Shown here one piece after another: positions 1 to 13,207 of a stretch of DNA of 64,000 nt (the stretch's first letter is position 1; each line of letters starts with the position of its first letter). This DNA is from Perkinsus olseni. Lineage: Eukaryota. The position numbers and the translations under genes were made by a program. The notes under the pieces were generated by a model. It saw nothing but the letters and a program-made list of their open reading frames with translations. It was not told the origin of the DNA and did no database searches. The stretch covers positions 62,001 through 126,000 of the forward strand of contig JABANN010000016.1 of NCBI GenBank assembly GCA_013115125.1, read 5' to 3'.

Positions 1-2143
1 GAGGGGAGTAATCTTACAAGCCTACGAACCAAAACCAGGCTTGAGGGGCCTTCGCGTGCTCTTCTTAGAGAGTGCGAGCCCGCGAACGCATCTCGGGATT
101 CGAATCCAATTCAACATGCCGCGGGATCTATCCCGAAGCGGCAAAGAAATGCCGATACACCTGCCGGAAGCATTCTGGTGATAGGTCTGATAAATGTGGC
201 GACGATCATCTCGCTCACGCTTGCGGCAATTGGATTTCCCTTGGGGAGCATATGTGGCTGTCCGTCTGATCTTGTCATCTCTGCCTTAGTCGGGGCTGTC
301 GTGTGCGATACTTGGGGCAGCCATCATGAGCGGTAAAACTGTCATTCAAGATGCAGTGGAGTCAAAGGTAGGTGTATGATTGTGCGCAGAGATCCCGAGT
401 ATAACAGGTTTAGGCTGCATGACAGTGTTTAGGTTACGGTCAAGACCTTCGTGAGCAATCTTAGTGGCCTTCTGCAGTTGAAGTACCAAAGAGCACAAGG
501 AGGCTTACTTGACGGAGGCAAGACTTGCCTCTACGGTCTACTGTAGTAGAAGCAGAACTCTGCTTGGACCCGTTCGTACTACGAATAGTTGATTCATACG
601 ATGTGGAGCTTCTCACTGTCTTCTTATATTGTCGAACGATTCGGCTAAACTCCTCACCCGGGCTCACATGTGCACAACAATACTACTTCTGAATCAGATG
701 GACCGGTGGTTTGGAGCGATCTTCAGCGTGTACTTGATGGAGCGAAGAAATGCTTCGTACAAGGGCTGATATCGAAGGCAGCATCGAGCAGCAGCGCGAG
801 CGAGAAGAGCGGAGAAGGTGAGCCTCGCGACTTCGTCTCGAGATGGACTCAGCGAGGCCGAGTCAGCGTTGTGTCATGGACGGGCGCCATTGGTATTAAA
901 AGTGCTCTGATAGGAGAAACCGGAAAATTGCTGTCAACAATTAAGCTAAGGATATTCTCTATGCGTAACTCTCTAAGCCGCTTGTCGACGACCGGTTGGG
1001 ATGAGCTCAGAGAGATGTGGCCGGTGATACGATACACGGTGTATGGGATGAAGTAGCTTGGACTTGTGACATGCTACCCGGCTCACCGGCCTCGCTAGCC
1101 TGATGCTTCGGCTCAAGACTTTCCCTTATTCAGCCTCGACGGACAGTGGTAATGGTGCACCGAGTGTTCGCGTTGACGAGGATGGCGAGGATTTCACCGA
1201 AGGAGCCGCCTCGAATGCGCAGATGAAGAGAGTCGTGGCCGGTTATCAGTCCATCATCAGTGCCCATGAACAGGTATGATGACGTCATTTACAGGACTCA
1301 TCCGGCCAGTCGGCGACACTAATGGGATCTCTAAAGCCGAATAAAGATGATATTCGACGAGTTCTTCGACGTTAACGGCCAGGGTCGTAGCTGTTGGGAA
1401 TTCTGGCCCCATACTTTCGCCCGCCTCAGCCTCGGCGAGGGATCCTGAGGTCCGGTGTTCTGTCTCAGGAGCTTACTGAGCTACGAAAGGAGGTGGATCG
1501 ACTTCATGCGGAGAACGACAAATTGAAGAGCTCAATACAGGTAAATAGGACCGTGGAGGGTTCTACGATTTTACGGTCTCCTGGGAGTGGGCGAGTGATG
1601 TTCTTGCGCAGGCCCAGGGCATCAAGATGACCGAAGCGGGCGACTCTGACGCTACCATGGCCCTTGTGGACAGAGTGGCGAAAAGCCTACGGGAAAAGGT
1701 GAGTCAACTAGTTGTGGAGTATCGAGAACTTCTTCGGATCAGCGTGGTTCGGGTTTCAGGTTGATGGTCTCACCAGGCAGCTGGCGGAGGCTCAGACGCA
1801 GGCAGCTTCGAAAGATGCAAATACGGTACGATGGAGCAGTCCGTGACTTGAGGATGTGGGAGTGGTGTTCGTCATGCAGTATCGGAAGCTCCTAGCAGAC
1901 GATAACGAGAGGCGGACACGGATGATGGAGGCTTTTGAGAAGAATAATAGCGACGGACCAAGTGGGAAACTTATTCTCGTTCTTGTGGATCTGATTGGAG
2001 CTCTCGTTCTGTCGCTGTCGTATTGGCTGTTACCGTCAGATGCGGAAACGACGGTGATGCCTCCCGTTGCCTGCTTGGTTGATAACACGCCGAACGGGTC
2101 GCTGGAAAGATCTCCTGCGGGAAATGAAGGTCCAAGTTCCTAG
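1..2143 (+). CDS. Spliced gene for a hypothetical coiled-coil protein (5' part and exon structure uncertain)
   Basis: Short segments bounded by GT/AG read as heptad-rich peptides (ELTELRKEVDRLHAENDKLKSSIQ; YRKLLADDNERRTRMMEAF); stop at 2141-2143. No family recognised. Confidence 0.4.
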
Positions 2144-2526
2144 TATAGTTCCGGTATCACTTGCAAAGCACGTTGAGCAGTGTACTGTTTCTATCTGTCA
2201 GAGTGTTGGGTTATGAATTTGATTCGAACGATTCTAGACGGGACAGCAGTCCTCGGGAAGATCTGGGCTCTGCAGCTCGGCCCTGCCCGGGGATTCTCGA
2301 TTTTCAAGCATATGTCACTCATAACGCCGAGGGGAGTCGGTTCATCATCGGGCTAAATCATGGAAAGTGAGTCGTCTAGATTTCAGACCCGAGTGCCTTC
2401 CATTTTGAAACTTTTACTGAGGCGTTGATGGCGTTGAGCAGCGAGTCGTAGCTTGGGACTCTTAGAGTGAACCACTCTTGGGAAGCAAATGCAGCTGCAT
2501 TCGCGAAATAGATTGAGGAATTTGTG

Positions 2527-2598
2527 TGGACATGCCGGGGTTTGAACCCGGGGCCTTCTGCATGCAAAGCAGACGTGATACCACTACACCACACGCCC
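2527..2598 (-). tRNA. trnA: tRNA-Ala(TGC)
   Basis: 72-nt cloverleaf GGGCGTG...CATGTCCA; anticodon arm TCTGC-TT-TGC-AT-GCAGA; T arm CCGGG-TTCAAAC-CCCGG; G3:U70 alanine identity pair. Confidence 0.95.
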
Positions 2599-3130
2599 GT
2601 AGAGGATCTTCCTGTGTGTGGCTCCTGCGGTATATTCGCAGTGCTCCGAGATCAGCGAGGGGCCCTGTCATTCTCTGCCTTGCGACTCGTCGATTCAGCA
2701 ATGGGGCAAATCGAGATCCGAGTGTGTAGCTCAAGCGTACACCGTTCGGCTCTCGCCGGCACGTCTTCAACGGCGTAGAAGTATAGTAATGGAGCTTTCT
2801 CATTGATTACCCACTACGTGGACGGGATCACGAATAAGCCGTATACTCAGGGACGGCGCTCACGTCCCCTGATGTTTTCGAGGCGTGAAGCTAAGCCCGA
2901 AACATCATTCCATGAATCCACTGCAACCAACGAGAGTTGATACCAACGAGACTTGGCCCTAGGTACCTCCCGTGAAGCTTGTCAATCAGTTTCTACTTAT
3001 GCGAGATGCTCTGTTTGGTTTCCACTACACTGTTACCGAGACTGGACGAGACTGCAATACTCAATGACGTCTTTATCCTATCTGGGGGTCGTGCTATGCT
3101 GATCAAGGTTTTTGTTTGTCGCCGTGGAAT

Positions 3131-6100
3131 ATGATGATCTGGAGCAGATGCCGTCTGTTTTGCACGACTACTAAGGTAACCATACTGCCATCGTCGGGAA
3201 TCGCAGGCTCTAGGCACGCTTGATCTCGTCAGCCACATGCTCCACTTTCGTGTTAAGATATTCAGATGAATCGCGCAGTCCCTGCTATTTCGCCATGTGC
3301 TTCGCTAGGCGACTGTTAGTGTTCCCTGCGGCCAGGTTGCCTCGACTTCGACCACCGCGGGGAACATCTGGAGCGCCAGAGATGCCTACGCTTGCCCGTC
3401 GCCAAAGGATCTTGTTAAACACTTGGATGAGGTGAGGCACTGCTGTACTCTTCCCCTACGAGGTCTCGGAATATCCTGCAGTCTTCGATCATCCGCAGTA
3501 TTGGGGGCCGTCGGGTGCGGTTGAGTTATTAAATTGTCTGTCATGCATCAATGCGTGACTATGTCAGTTCATTATCGGCCAAACTGATGCGAAGCGAGTC
3601 GTCGCTATAGCGGTGAGGGACCGATGGAGACGCCAGCAGATCGCCGACGCGGGGCTGAGGAAGGAACTGCTGCCAACCAAGTACGGGACAAGCTTCCTTT
3701 TCTCTTGGTCGTCATCAATGCTCTCCAGCATCCTTTTGGAGGGTCCATCAGGATGCGGCAAGACGGAAATCGCGAGGCGGCTGGCTGACGTTATCGGCGC
3801 GCCTCTAGTGAAGGTTGTGGCGACGAAGTAGAGTGGGCTCGCCTTCCTATCGAGAACTCAGTTTCTCATCAAAGCATGGTCTCCGTGCACCCGGAGGGAT
3901 TTCGAGGTACACTGAAGTCGGCTTCATTGGTGAAGATACTCAGACGATGATACATGAGCTGGCAGACTCTTCTTATGACATGGAACGGAAGAGAGTCATG
4001 TCAGAGGTCCAGGTAGGTGGCAGTCGGACTCCACGTCGGGAACGCCGAGCATTATGCGGAATGCTGGGGAAGATCTCAATTGAGTGCTTGACTATCTCAA
4101 TCTGTTTCGCAATCCCGCATCCGCTTAACCTAAGTACAATATGCGAGTATATATTTTTGGTGGACGTGCCGAGGTTTGAACTCGGGGCCTTCTGCATGCA
4201 AAGCAGGATACCACTACACCACACGCCCGTTGGGACTTATGTTCGTATTTCATACTCCGGGAAGCTGCCCCTGGTCCCCCATACAATTCATTTCGCTTTA
4301 GTATATTAAGTATAACCTTCCTGAAACATTCACGCGCTCATTGGTAGTGGGTGAGTGCCGTGTCACTGAGTAACCAGACTTCCATATCGCTGACAAGTAC
4401 CGCGGCTATTCCCAGGTCGAGGCCAGAAAGCTTGCTATTGAAGCGATTGCTAGAGCGTATCTATGCACTCCTGAAGGGACCGGAGAGGAATCCGTGGCAG
4501 CAGCCAAGGTGGGCTGTACACTCTCAACCGTTCCGGTCGATCAGTATTCAACAGTTTCCATCAGGACCTGATCGAGAAAGAGGATCCTCGAACCATGAGG
4601 ATCGAGATCGAAATCGAGAGTCATTTGACGCATCCCGCGCCGCTCGATCCCAGCAGGCCGGGAGGCGTCTTTGATGGAGGCGGCAGCAGAGGCCGTAGAG
4701 GTCCGCAGAGTCCTTGGATCTCCCGTGAAACAGCCGGCCGCGTTGTATCGTCCGAGAGTTTCATGAATGGCGATTTTTGAAGCCGCGACTGCAGTGAGGT
4801 CTTGGTAAAGGCTGCTTGTTTCCCCTCAGACCAAGTCCCGCCGCCCACCCCGGGGATCAACGTGACCGGCGAACGACAGCCGGACAGAGCGGGGCAAGCC
4901 CATTCGTACGGCGCGGAGGAGGCTCTGCGGTGGAGCAAGCTCACTGTACGGGACGCCATGGTAGGTCTGCATCACAATTCTCCTCGCTGTTGGACGGAGT
5001 CGTGACAGTCCACACTGATTCTCTGCCAGTCACTCGTAACTGAGCACTACGCCAGTACTCTCATACTCGACAGAGAGCCCGAGATAAGGGAACGTGCGCG
5101 AGTCACCTGCGAAGAGCGAGGGATGGTTTTCATTGATGAGTTCGATAAGCTCATAAGTGAAGAGCGGGAGGTGTGGTACTCTCTATTCGGTCTTAGCCAC
5201 CGGTGATTTGGCGTCAGTGTCCCGCTGACTCAGGTCGCTAGTGGGTTTGGATCGAAACGAAGAGGAGTACAGAAGGAGTTGCTGTCCCTTATAGAAGGGA
5301 CGGTGGTAACAACTCCGAGACTCGGGCGGATATCAACAGAGCACATCCTGTGAGACGGTCGGCAAGTCCGATCTTCTTCACTCTGCCAAGGGTTCGTACG
5401 CCTTCAACGTGCTGGAGCCATCTGATAGTCTGGTACTTCATCCCACGCACAGGTTCATCTGTGCGGGAGCATTCACCACAGCGAAACCCGCCCAAATCAT
5501 GCCGGAGCTGCAAGGCCGGTTACCGATAAGGAGCGTCTTGAAGCCTCTTACCGCTGAGGATTTTATCCGTATACTAACGGGAATACGGTGAGCCGGAGTA
5601 CCTCCTCTATCAAACTCGGCCATGCCGTCGCTGGGCTGATCGGAGGAGATCTTCTCGGATTCCTGGCCTGCCATTAAGAATGAGTGAACGCGGTCGTTAG
5701 CGAGGCGCCGAGGCTCCGACAACAGGCTATCCCGGTCCCTGAAGCGAAGAGAGGCGCAGGTGGCTCACGGTGCAGTTTCGCAGAGGCGCGGGTCGCCGTT
5801 GACTTAGTCGATTCTGAATTTTCCGAGTCCGCTGAGTTGTCAGGGAAATTACTCTCATGACTGTGGATGATGCACATGGCTTCGTGTACGCTTTTTGCGG
5901 GTGTATGTGCATCCTCGAGGTACACATTGCCGATGCAGCAGCAAGCTCTTCTGAAGGTCGAAGAAGTGGACCTCCAATTTGATGCAGAAGCTCTGGAGGA
6001 GATCTCCAGGTGAGCCTTTCCCCGGGCCCCTCCTCGGTTCTGAGTTCGACGTTCTCACGAGATGAGTTTGCGCCGAACACTCACAGCGTGCTTTTCATCG

Positions 6101-6869
6101 AACCCGAGCATAGGGTCGCCAGTGCCGGCTCTATCACACACCACCAGCAGTGCTGGTCGGACCAGCCTGGTCCAGCATGTCCACGCTCGAGATATTCCCC
6201 AAGGCTGCCTACTTGAGACTGCGGGAGATGCGCTGAATTGCTGTTCGATCTGAATGGCTCAGCCACAATACTGCGCATCGGACTGTCGTTACGTTTCTTG
6301 TGCTGTGGCTCGCGGACATTGTTAAACTTGAGTTCTGGAAGCGGGTTGAATCCGCTGATTTCAGGAGCGCATTCGAGCTGAACCGCAGTTCCGCCAACAC
6401 TGGTGCCCGTCGGCTGCAGAGCGTGATGAGCACCCTGTTGGAAGATATTAAGTGAGGGTTTGCTGTTATGGAAGGAATGTGATTCACGTAGACGCAGCGG
6501 TCGACCCTGCGGTGGGGTGGAATCTACTCGGAATCCGCCCCTCAAAACTACAGTCGAATTTTGAGTTTAACGCGAGCGAACTACGCTCGTTTTTAAGTGG
6601 CATGGTCGGCGTCGGGCAGACATTGCGCACTGTGCCGGTAATGCAACATGAGGCCACATGAGGTAGACCTCTGAGATGCTGATTATGCAGGTTCGAGGCG
6701 GGGTCCGGGGGACCTTCAGTCGTCCGCATTGACAAGAACAGAGTAAGCGCGGTTTGTAACCTCTGAACATTGCTCATCCTGAGAAAGACGGAGCTGTGCT
6801 GTTTGGTAGGTTAAGGAGACGGTGGCAGCGTTGATGACCAAGTCCGACCTCTCCAAATATGTCATCTAA
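3131..6869 (+). CDS. hslU: ATP-dependent protease ATPase subunit HslU (ClpY), multi-exon, probably mitochondrial
   Basis: Spliced exons give [16 protein letters not shown], Walker [24 protein letters not shown], Walker [38 protein letters not shown] and C-terminal DLSKYVI-stop. Putative first exon [15 protein letters not shown] resembles a mitochondrial presequence. Confidence 0.9.
4158..4228 (-). pseudogene. tRNA-Ala(TGC)-derived copy with a 4-nt deletion and encoded 3' CCA, inside an hslU intron
   Basis: Near-identical to 2527-2598 but lacks ACGT at the D-stem/anticodon-stem junction; ends ...GTCCA-CCA-AAAA. Confidence 0.8.
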
Positions 6870-7699
6870 CGCTACTCTGATGCTGGCAGTTGCATGACGG
6901 CGTTTGGTCTGACAGTTTCTTGTGGTCGGGGTCGCTTGCGTTCAGTGCGGACCTCTCAGATATCATCATATAGAATTGACGATTGTGAGTCGCCGAAACT
7001 CATCTCTCTTGCAACAAGATACATCGGTGCTAGCCCGACTAAGTCGGCTCACAGCGTTGGACTTTAAACTCACACGCACGGTTGTAACGACTTCAAAAAA
7101 GCAAAGGTCATGTGTAGAGTTCAAGTAGAAGTAGGGCGCCAATCGCTCCTCGGCCGCCAAGTAACCATGGACTTCCTCATCCTCTCTCGGCTTATTCTTG
7201 CGACTATAATTCTATCTCGATGTTCTTGAGTGATGACGGCAGACGCTGGCCGGGTCTAGCGGCACGAGCTCAAATAACGGCGGGACGGCTTCCGCCTACC
7301 ATTTCTGTTGCCCGCAGCGTCCTCTTGAGTTCACGACAAATTGGTTCACATCTGCGCCTCTCCGCGATATCAAGGGGCGTGGAACGGGTGACATCCTCCA
7401 GTCTTGCAGCAACACTACCGCCATCTCTGAATAATTGAGGAAGGCGAGAGGTCGTCACGAACTGCGTCCTATGGATTTACTTGATGAATAATCGATAATA
7501 ATTGATCCCATTGAAAAACCGAATGGGGTACACTAAACTACTACTGTAATCCCCCTCAGAAAGGAACGTCGGTGGTGCTAGTCTAACTAAGCCGTACTGT
7601 CGTAGGAGTTGGACTCGCACACACATTGAAAAATGCTATTAGCGATACTAATATCAATGAAACAAAAAAGTCTGTGAAAGAGATCGAAGATTTTTCTCG

Positions 7700-10330
7700 T
7701 CTTTAACGAATAAATGCGGCGGGCAAGGGCGAGCCACAATGCCACGAACGGTAGTCGAGCAATTGAAGCAGTGGAGAGTCGAGAAGCAACCTCAAACCAT
7801 TGTCAATAATAGTCTTCATTTTGGCATAGCGACCACACTTTTGCATGTTGCATCTTTTCGTTACATACTGAGTATCACTGCTGCTTTCACGTGGCACAGT
7901 GACCTTTCTACATGTTGCGTTTTTGTCGTTACAGACAGCTGCATCACTAAAAGATGCAAAGAAGCTTACACGATCAATAGGAGTTTGACAGTGTCGGTCT
8001 CGCACGCAAAGGCCGCCCAGTGAAGAGGGGTATGGCCGATGCTGTCTCTCTCCAGCACGTCAGCGCGATGCCTCAGCAGCGTCCGAACGACGTCACAGCT
8101 GTTGGGCTCTGAGGAAGGCAGGATGGCAGGCACGACGAGGTAGCCTTCTACGCTGGCAGGCGGCATGCAACGGAGTCACCAGGGACATGTCTTGCTTGTT
8201 CGGATCAGCACATTTCCTGAACTCAGGCGTTGTGAGGGATTTATCAAAGCGCAAGTATTGCGTACTCGAGCAACTCTCCGACGGTCTTCGTGTCATGCTC
8301 GTATGCAGCCACGTGCAAGTCGGTGATTCCGAAGGCTCCAAGTTGATCATGAATCGACGGCCGGCGGTTGGCCATGCAATGAGGGCAACCCTCAGTCAAG
8401 GACGGAATGTGGGGAGAAGGCTCCTCTCGGTGGTAAGAACTAAACACGGGGGTCGCTACTCACAGCAGAGCTTCATGTAGTGGAACAATGGTCACAATGC
8501 GACGACTTCGGACGACTCAGCATTGTCGGACTCGGAACGCTGCAGTTCTCCTAGCAGCCGGTACGCCTCCAGCGTGGCATCGCTCATCCCGTCAAGCCGC
8601 TGCTCGACGGGGCTCGCGAACCTCGACTGATCGACCCATTCCTCCGAGTCGGGCCTAGAGACACAACAGAAGTCCTGCGGATATTTCTTTTCTGCCACGC
8701 CCTAGCGCAGTGGCACGCACCTGTCAGCTTCAGTCTCCTCCTCGTCCTCTCGAGACTCGGCATCTCGCCTGAACGTGGGTGGGGTCAAAATTAAACAACA
8801 GTAACAACACCCGCGTACCCGCCCCATTCGTTCTCGTAGTCACCGACGTTGAAGACTTCCTTCTCTCCCGGAGGCGGTCGGTCCACTAGTGTTTGGAAGG
8901 ACCGTCTGCTTTTGGAGCAATCCGGGCTAAAACTGGCTTCAAACTTAGCGACCAGTTCGGCGCGCTTTTGCCGCCTTCTCTCAGCATCCCGGTGGAGCCG
9001 ATCGGAGATGGCGCTAGCAGATTTCGATGGGGTTATCGCTCCGGACGTGTTGCGATTAAAAGCCCCCTGTTCAACGCGCCGTCGTCTCTGGCGTCGGTCG
9101 GTCGCGTCTCGGTAGAGCCTTTCGCTGGCCGTTGCCGCCCGAACCGGACTCAAGCTCGAGTCGCCACCAAGGATCCTCGGAGAAAAAGGGCACTGCGCAG
9201 CCTGCCACCGCTGCTCCTCCTGGCGCTTCTGCTCAGCGTCGGCAATCCTACGCTCCCGTTGCCTCACGGCGTCCGAATAGAGGCGGTCGAATATCCGTTG
9301 GCATTTAGCTCTGGAGGCCACTAGTCGACGAGGGCCACTGTCAGAGTCGTCCGTCGAGTGGTTGGTCGAGTACGGCTGAAGAGATGACGGAAACTTGACC
9401 GATCCGATAAGACATAATTTACATCTGCAGCGTCGAGCTGCGGCTCCTCCACAGTAGGCCCGTGAGGATCGTTAATGATATCCCTGAATGGTGGATGGGA
9501 GGCTAGGGGTATCCTTATGGTTCCGTACTCGCTCCGAGGACCGCGCATGTGTGACGCCAGCTGTGATGCCAGTGACCGCAGGAGTCGATAGAAACGCACA
9601 CAGATGCCTGACACAAAAGCTGTCCCCGTACACAGAGGCGAGGGCGAGCTACCTTCAACAGCGCTTCGCTGCATCCGCCTCAGGTGATGCAAAAGCCGAA
9701 CCTCTCTCTCCGCTTCACACTCTTCGGTTGAAGTGCTTGTAGGTGCATTGAGGAGGCTAACGAGGGCTGACACGTCCGCGACGTCCAGCGAGATGCCGGT
9801 TGGGCTCTGAGGGCGAGAGGATCTATCACCAGGCGACTGAGCATTGCGAGCATTGAGCAGCAGCTGGTGCGAGGTCGTAGATTCGGGCCTCGTACTCCGG
9901 TGGTATCATCTCGGGGTGGTGCGGTATCAAAAATGGGCAGCTTGATGACATGCGTGCCTTCAGAGTTCCTCGCGAGGAGCTGATTGTCTCCCTTGGTGGT
10001 TCGACTTGCTAGCAAGTCAAGAGACAGGGCCTGAGTGAGGTAGAGTAACACCGAGGAACCTTCCGCTCGACACGTCGATCTACCCTGTTGGCGAGGGAAT
10101 TCTCAAAGTCGCTGTATCCAGTGGTCAGAGCATCGTAACATGTACGCTCGTTACTAAAGGGAGACCTCGGCTTGGGTTGCCGCCGTCGGGGAGCGGACAT
10201 GAAGGTCGCGCCACTACGCTAGTCTCTGATAATATGCTACCACCAGCCTCGAGGGTAGCCAGGCGGATGAAGGAGGGTCGAGAGGCGAACGAAACGACCC
10301 GTGCGTCCGTGTAGAGACTTGTGCTCACAA
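7700..10330 (-). CDS. Spliced gene with RLYxDA-type helical repeats and C-terminal ankyrin repeats (ends approximate; may be more than one gene)
   Basis: Ankyrin motifs GITDLHVAAYEHDTKTVGELL, ADPNKQDMSLVTPLHAAC, ADVLERDSIGHTPLHWAA (8000-8350); three copies of F/S-D/E-RL(Y/H)xDA in ORF 8791-9321. Confidence 0.65.
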
Positions 10331-10499
10331 CAGCATTCTAACATGCTCGCGTCAACCTGCTGTTACTCTACGGTTGAGGATGATTCATATGAGCGGACGG
10401 TCCCAGGTAGCCTAGGGAGAGCACAGAGGGGAATTAGAGAGAGCTGGGAGTTCAACGATAGGGCATACACCGACAAGACAGTGGGGCTCTGGCAGACCT

Positions 10500-13150
10500 G
10501 AGGACCTACTCATCGTCGTCGTCCGGAGGAGGCGGCCGGCGTCGCGGAGCAGAATCGGGGAGGTGGCCGAAGTGACCGAACTTGGCAATTCTCTGTTGTC
10601 TTGAAACCTATTTAAACAGGGGCGACAGCACCATCGACTCCACTAGGGTACTACAAATGCCATCGAGAATAGATACGCGAGCAGATTTGTGTGAGGACGA
10701 GCGAGAAGGTCGCAGGAGGAGTTGGGAGGCCCTCATACCTCGAGTATGGAAACAACAGGCGGCGGCTTCGGTGGAGGAGGTAAGGTGGGCAGATGAGCCA
10801 CGCAGGGCTCCACGGATCGCTGTTCATCCTGAAGGAGATCGTTGCACCAACTGCAACTGAAGTACACGGTCCTACTTGTCCTTCTTCCTTCGAGCGGTCT
10901 ATTGTCTTTGCAGGCGGCAACTTCATCGATGGCAGTGTCCTCAGGAGATTCTCGCCGCCAATGGGCAGAGCGAAGGGTATGTGGGAACGGTCTATTCTCA
11001 CCTCGTTCAGGTTAACGCCGAACTCCTGATCTCAGGGGAACCAAGTAATGACCCTGGAGACTGCTGTTCTGTCGCGCTCGACACGCGAGTCGTCACTTTC
11101 GGAGCTCTGTGCATGCTCCGCTTCAAGGCCTCCCTTCGGAGTGCCTCCAGGGCCTCCAGTTCGAGCCCTCGGACGCGGTCGGCTGCGGTGACGCCTGCCA
11201 ACGCGAGGTGGTCTAGGGCCTTCATCGCAGCGCTGCTACCCTGACGTCGTTCGAAGTGGTTCGCATCGACCCCTGCCTCCCGCATCTTATACTCTAAAAT
11301 GAAGAGCACCTGAGGTTGAAGCTGGCAAGATTCAAAATCGCTCCGCGATGATACTCACCTCATCAGCTAGGGCATCAACTTTCTGCTCATACCAGTCGAT
11401 CCTGGACGCAAGCGACTGGATGTAGATGGGAATCCGGTTCACATCACGCGCCTTCGGTTCGCCTACAGAGCCGTAGTAAAGTACTCGCGCGAAAAATTAA
11501 AGACAATGACATAGCCGCGAAGTCCCACCTCGAAGCTTGGCGCATCCGTGCAAGAACTCATCGCGATTGACCTCGCCATCTCCATCAGCGTCGAGGCACT
11601 CAAAGACTCGGTTCAAGTCATTGACTGGCATGTTGATCTCCGCTAAGAGCGATATGATTTTGGGATTGTTTGCGGCCTCCTGAGAGGGTGAAAAGCTCGC
11701 CGTCCAGGGTGCCGGAAATCGGTACAAAAGACCCCTGTAACTGGTAAGACGACTACACAGCAGCGGCCTGGCCTCACATGCATAACCTATTACCAGCACA
11801 GGTGATGCATAACAGACCTCACCGATTGAACTCCGGTCTCAGGGACGGTGGTTATCATGAGCTAGCTTACATCAAGCTCCTCTTTGTCAAGTTTGCCATT
11901 CTCATCAACATCGATTTCTTCAAAGATTCTCCTCAGCTTAAGCATGACCTTGGCCTGTGCTCGAGATTTCTGTATCTTCAATTGCTTCTCGTTCGCCTGA
12001 TAGAAGAGCCTTCAAAGAAAATCGCGCCGCTCGGCCGGCGGTAGTCACCTTGGCGGCGTCAATGGCGTTGTTGACAATGGAAGAGAGCATAACATTGAGG
12101 ATAGCATAAGCTGTGATGAAGAGGTATGGCAAGAAAAAGAGCCACATGACAGGATAAGTTCGACCCACCGGCCGGGCTATGCTGACCATCCAGTGGTCCT
12201 GCGTTGTTACTTGGAACAGCGTCAACAAGCCTGCCCAGGGAGTGCCAAAATACTCGTAGGTGTCGAAGTACTCGTAGGGCTCGGCGGTGAGACGATTGGC
12301 GAAGGACCAGGCATTCGACTGGCCGAGGACCATTCTCAAGATGATAGCGCAGACCCATGTTAGTGAAAAGAGCAGCAGCGCCACCCAGGCAAGCGTTTTA
12401 AGCATCGCAATGACGCCAGTGAAGACCAGCCAGAGCTCTCGGAAGAATCTCAGTAAGCGGACCATTCTGATGAGACGAATCATCCGCACTAAGCGAAGAC
12501 TCAGGAGAGACTTCAGGGCGGAATCGGACAAGATGAAAGTTTCGACGATGGTCTTGATGACGAGGACGCAGTCGAAGATGTTGAAGGCGCTGCTGAAGTA
12601 TTCGGCGCGATTGTAGTAGATTCTGACGGTGAGCTCGGCTATGTATATCAGTACAAAGAAGATGTTTAGAGTCTCGAAGACGAGGTGGTGAGGGTCTTCA
12701 GCGTCGGTTTGGATTCCTGCAAAAAGGGCTCCTGCGCCGTTCCGCTTGCATTCACCAGCCTACCTATTTCGATAGCGTTTAGAGCTATTATCACTCCCAT
12801 CATCGCGTTGAACCAAGGACGCTCGCAAATTGGCAACTTGTTCTCGGGGACGGTATCTTGTGAGGGGACGAGGAAACTTTACGGGTGAAGGGAATCTGGG
12901 GCGCTGATAATACCTTTCTTCTGGGTGCCCAGGATTTGTTTTTTCGGAGTCTCTAGAGCGCCCGTCGACGAGTGGAGCTGGGTAGCGAGCTGAAAGGGCC
13001 AAAGTCAAACGGCAGCGGCGGCAGCTCGATTGGTCCCCACTGCGTTGTGCCTTCTCGAAAGGTGCGGATCCGCGAAAGTGACCACAGCTTGTGCCATGAC
13101 GAGAAGTCAAGGAAAGCGCATCCGCTGGGAGTATCCGACTATCTTTATGG
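10500..13150 (-). CDS. Single-domain (6-TM) voltage-gated cation channel with C-terminal EF-hand (ends approximate)
   Basis: S1 WFNAMMGVIIALNAI, S2 FFVLIYIAELTVRI, S3 YFSSAFNIFD, S4 LRLVRMIRLIRMVRLLRFFREL, pore LLTLFQVTTQDHW, S6 YAILNVMLSSIV, EF-hand loop DADGDGEVNRDE. Confidence 0.88.
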
Positions 13151-13207
13151 CCGCTCTCTGTGACAACGCTAAACGAAGGAGACATTTTGAAACGATGTAC
13201 TCAGGCA

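Noticed and set aside
1095-1118. Spliced-leader relic (TAGCC...GGCTCAAG resembles the dinoflagellate/Perkinsus SL)
   Set aside because: Only the ends match, spacing is wrong, and it lies in an apparent intron rather than at a gene 5' end.
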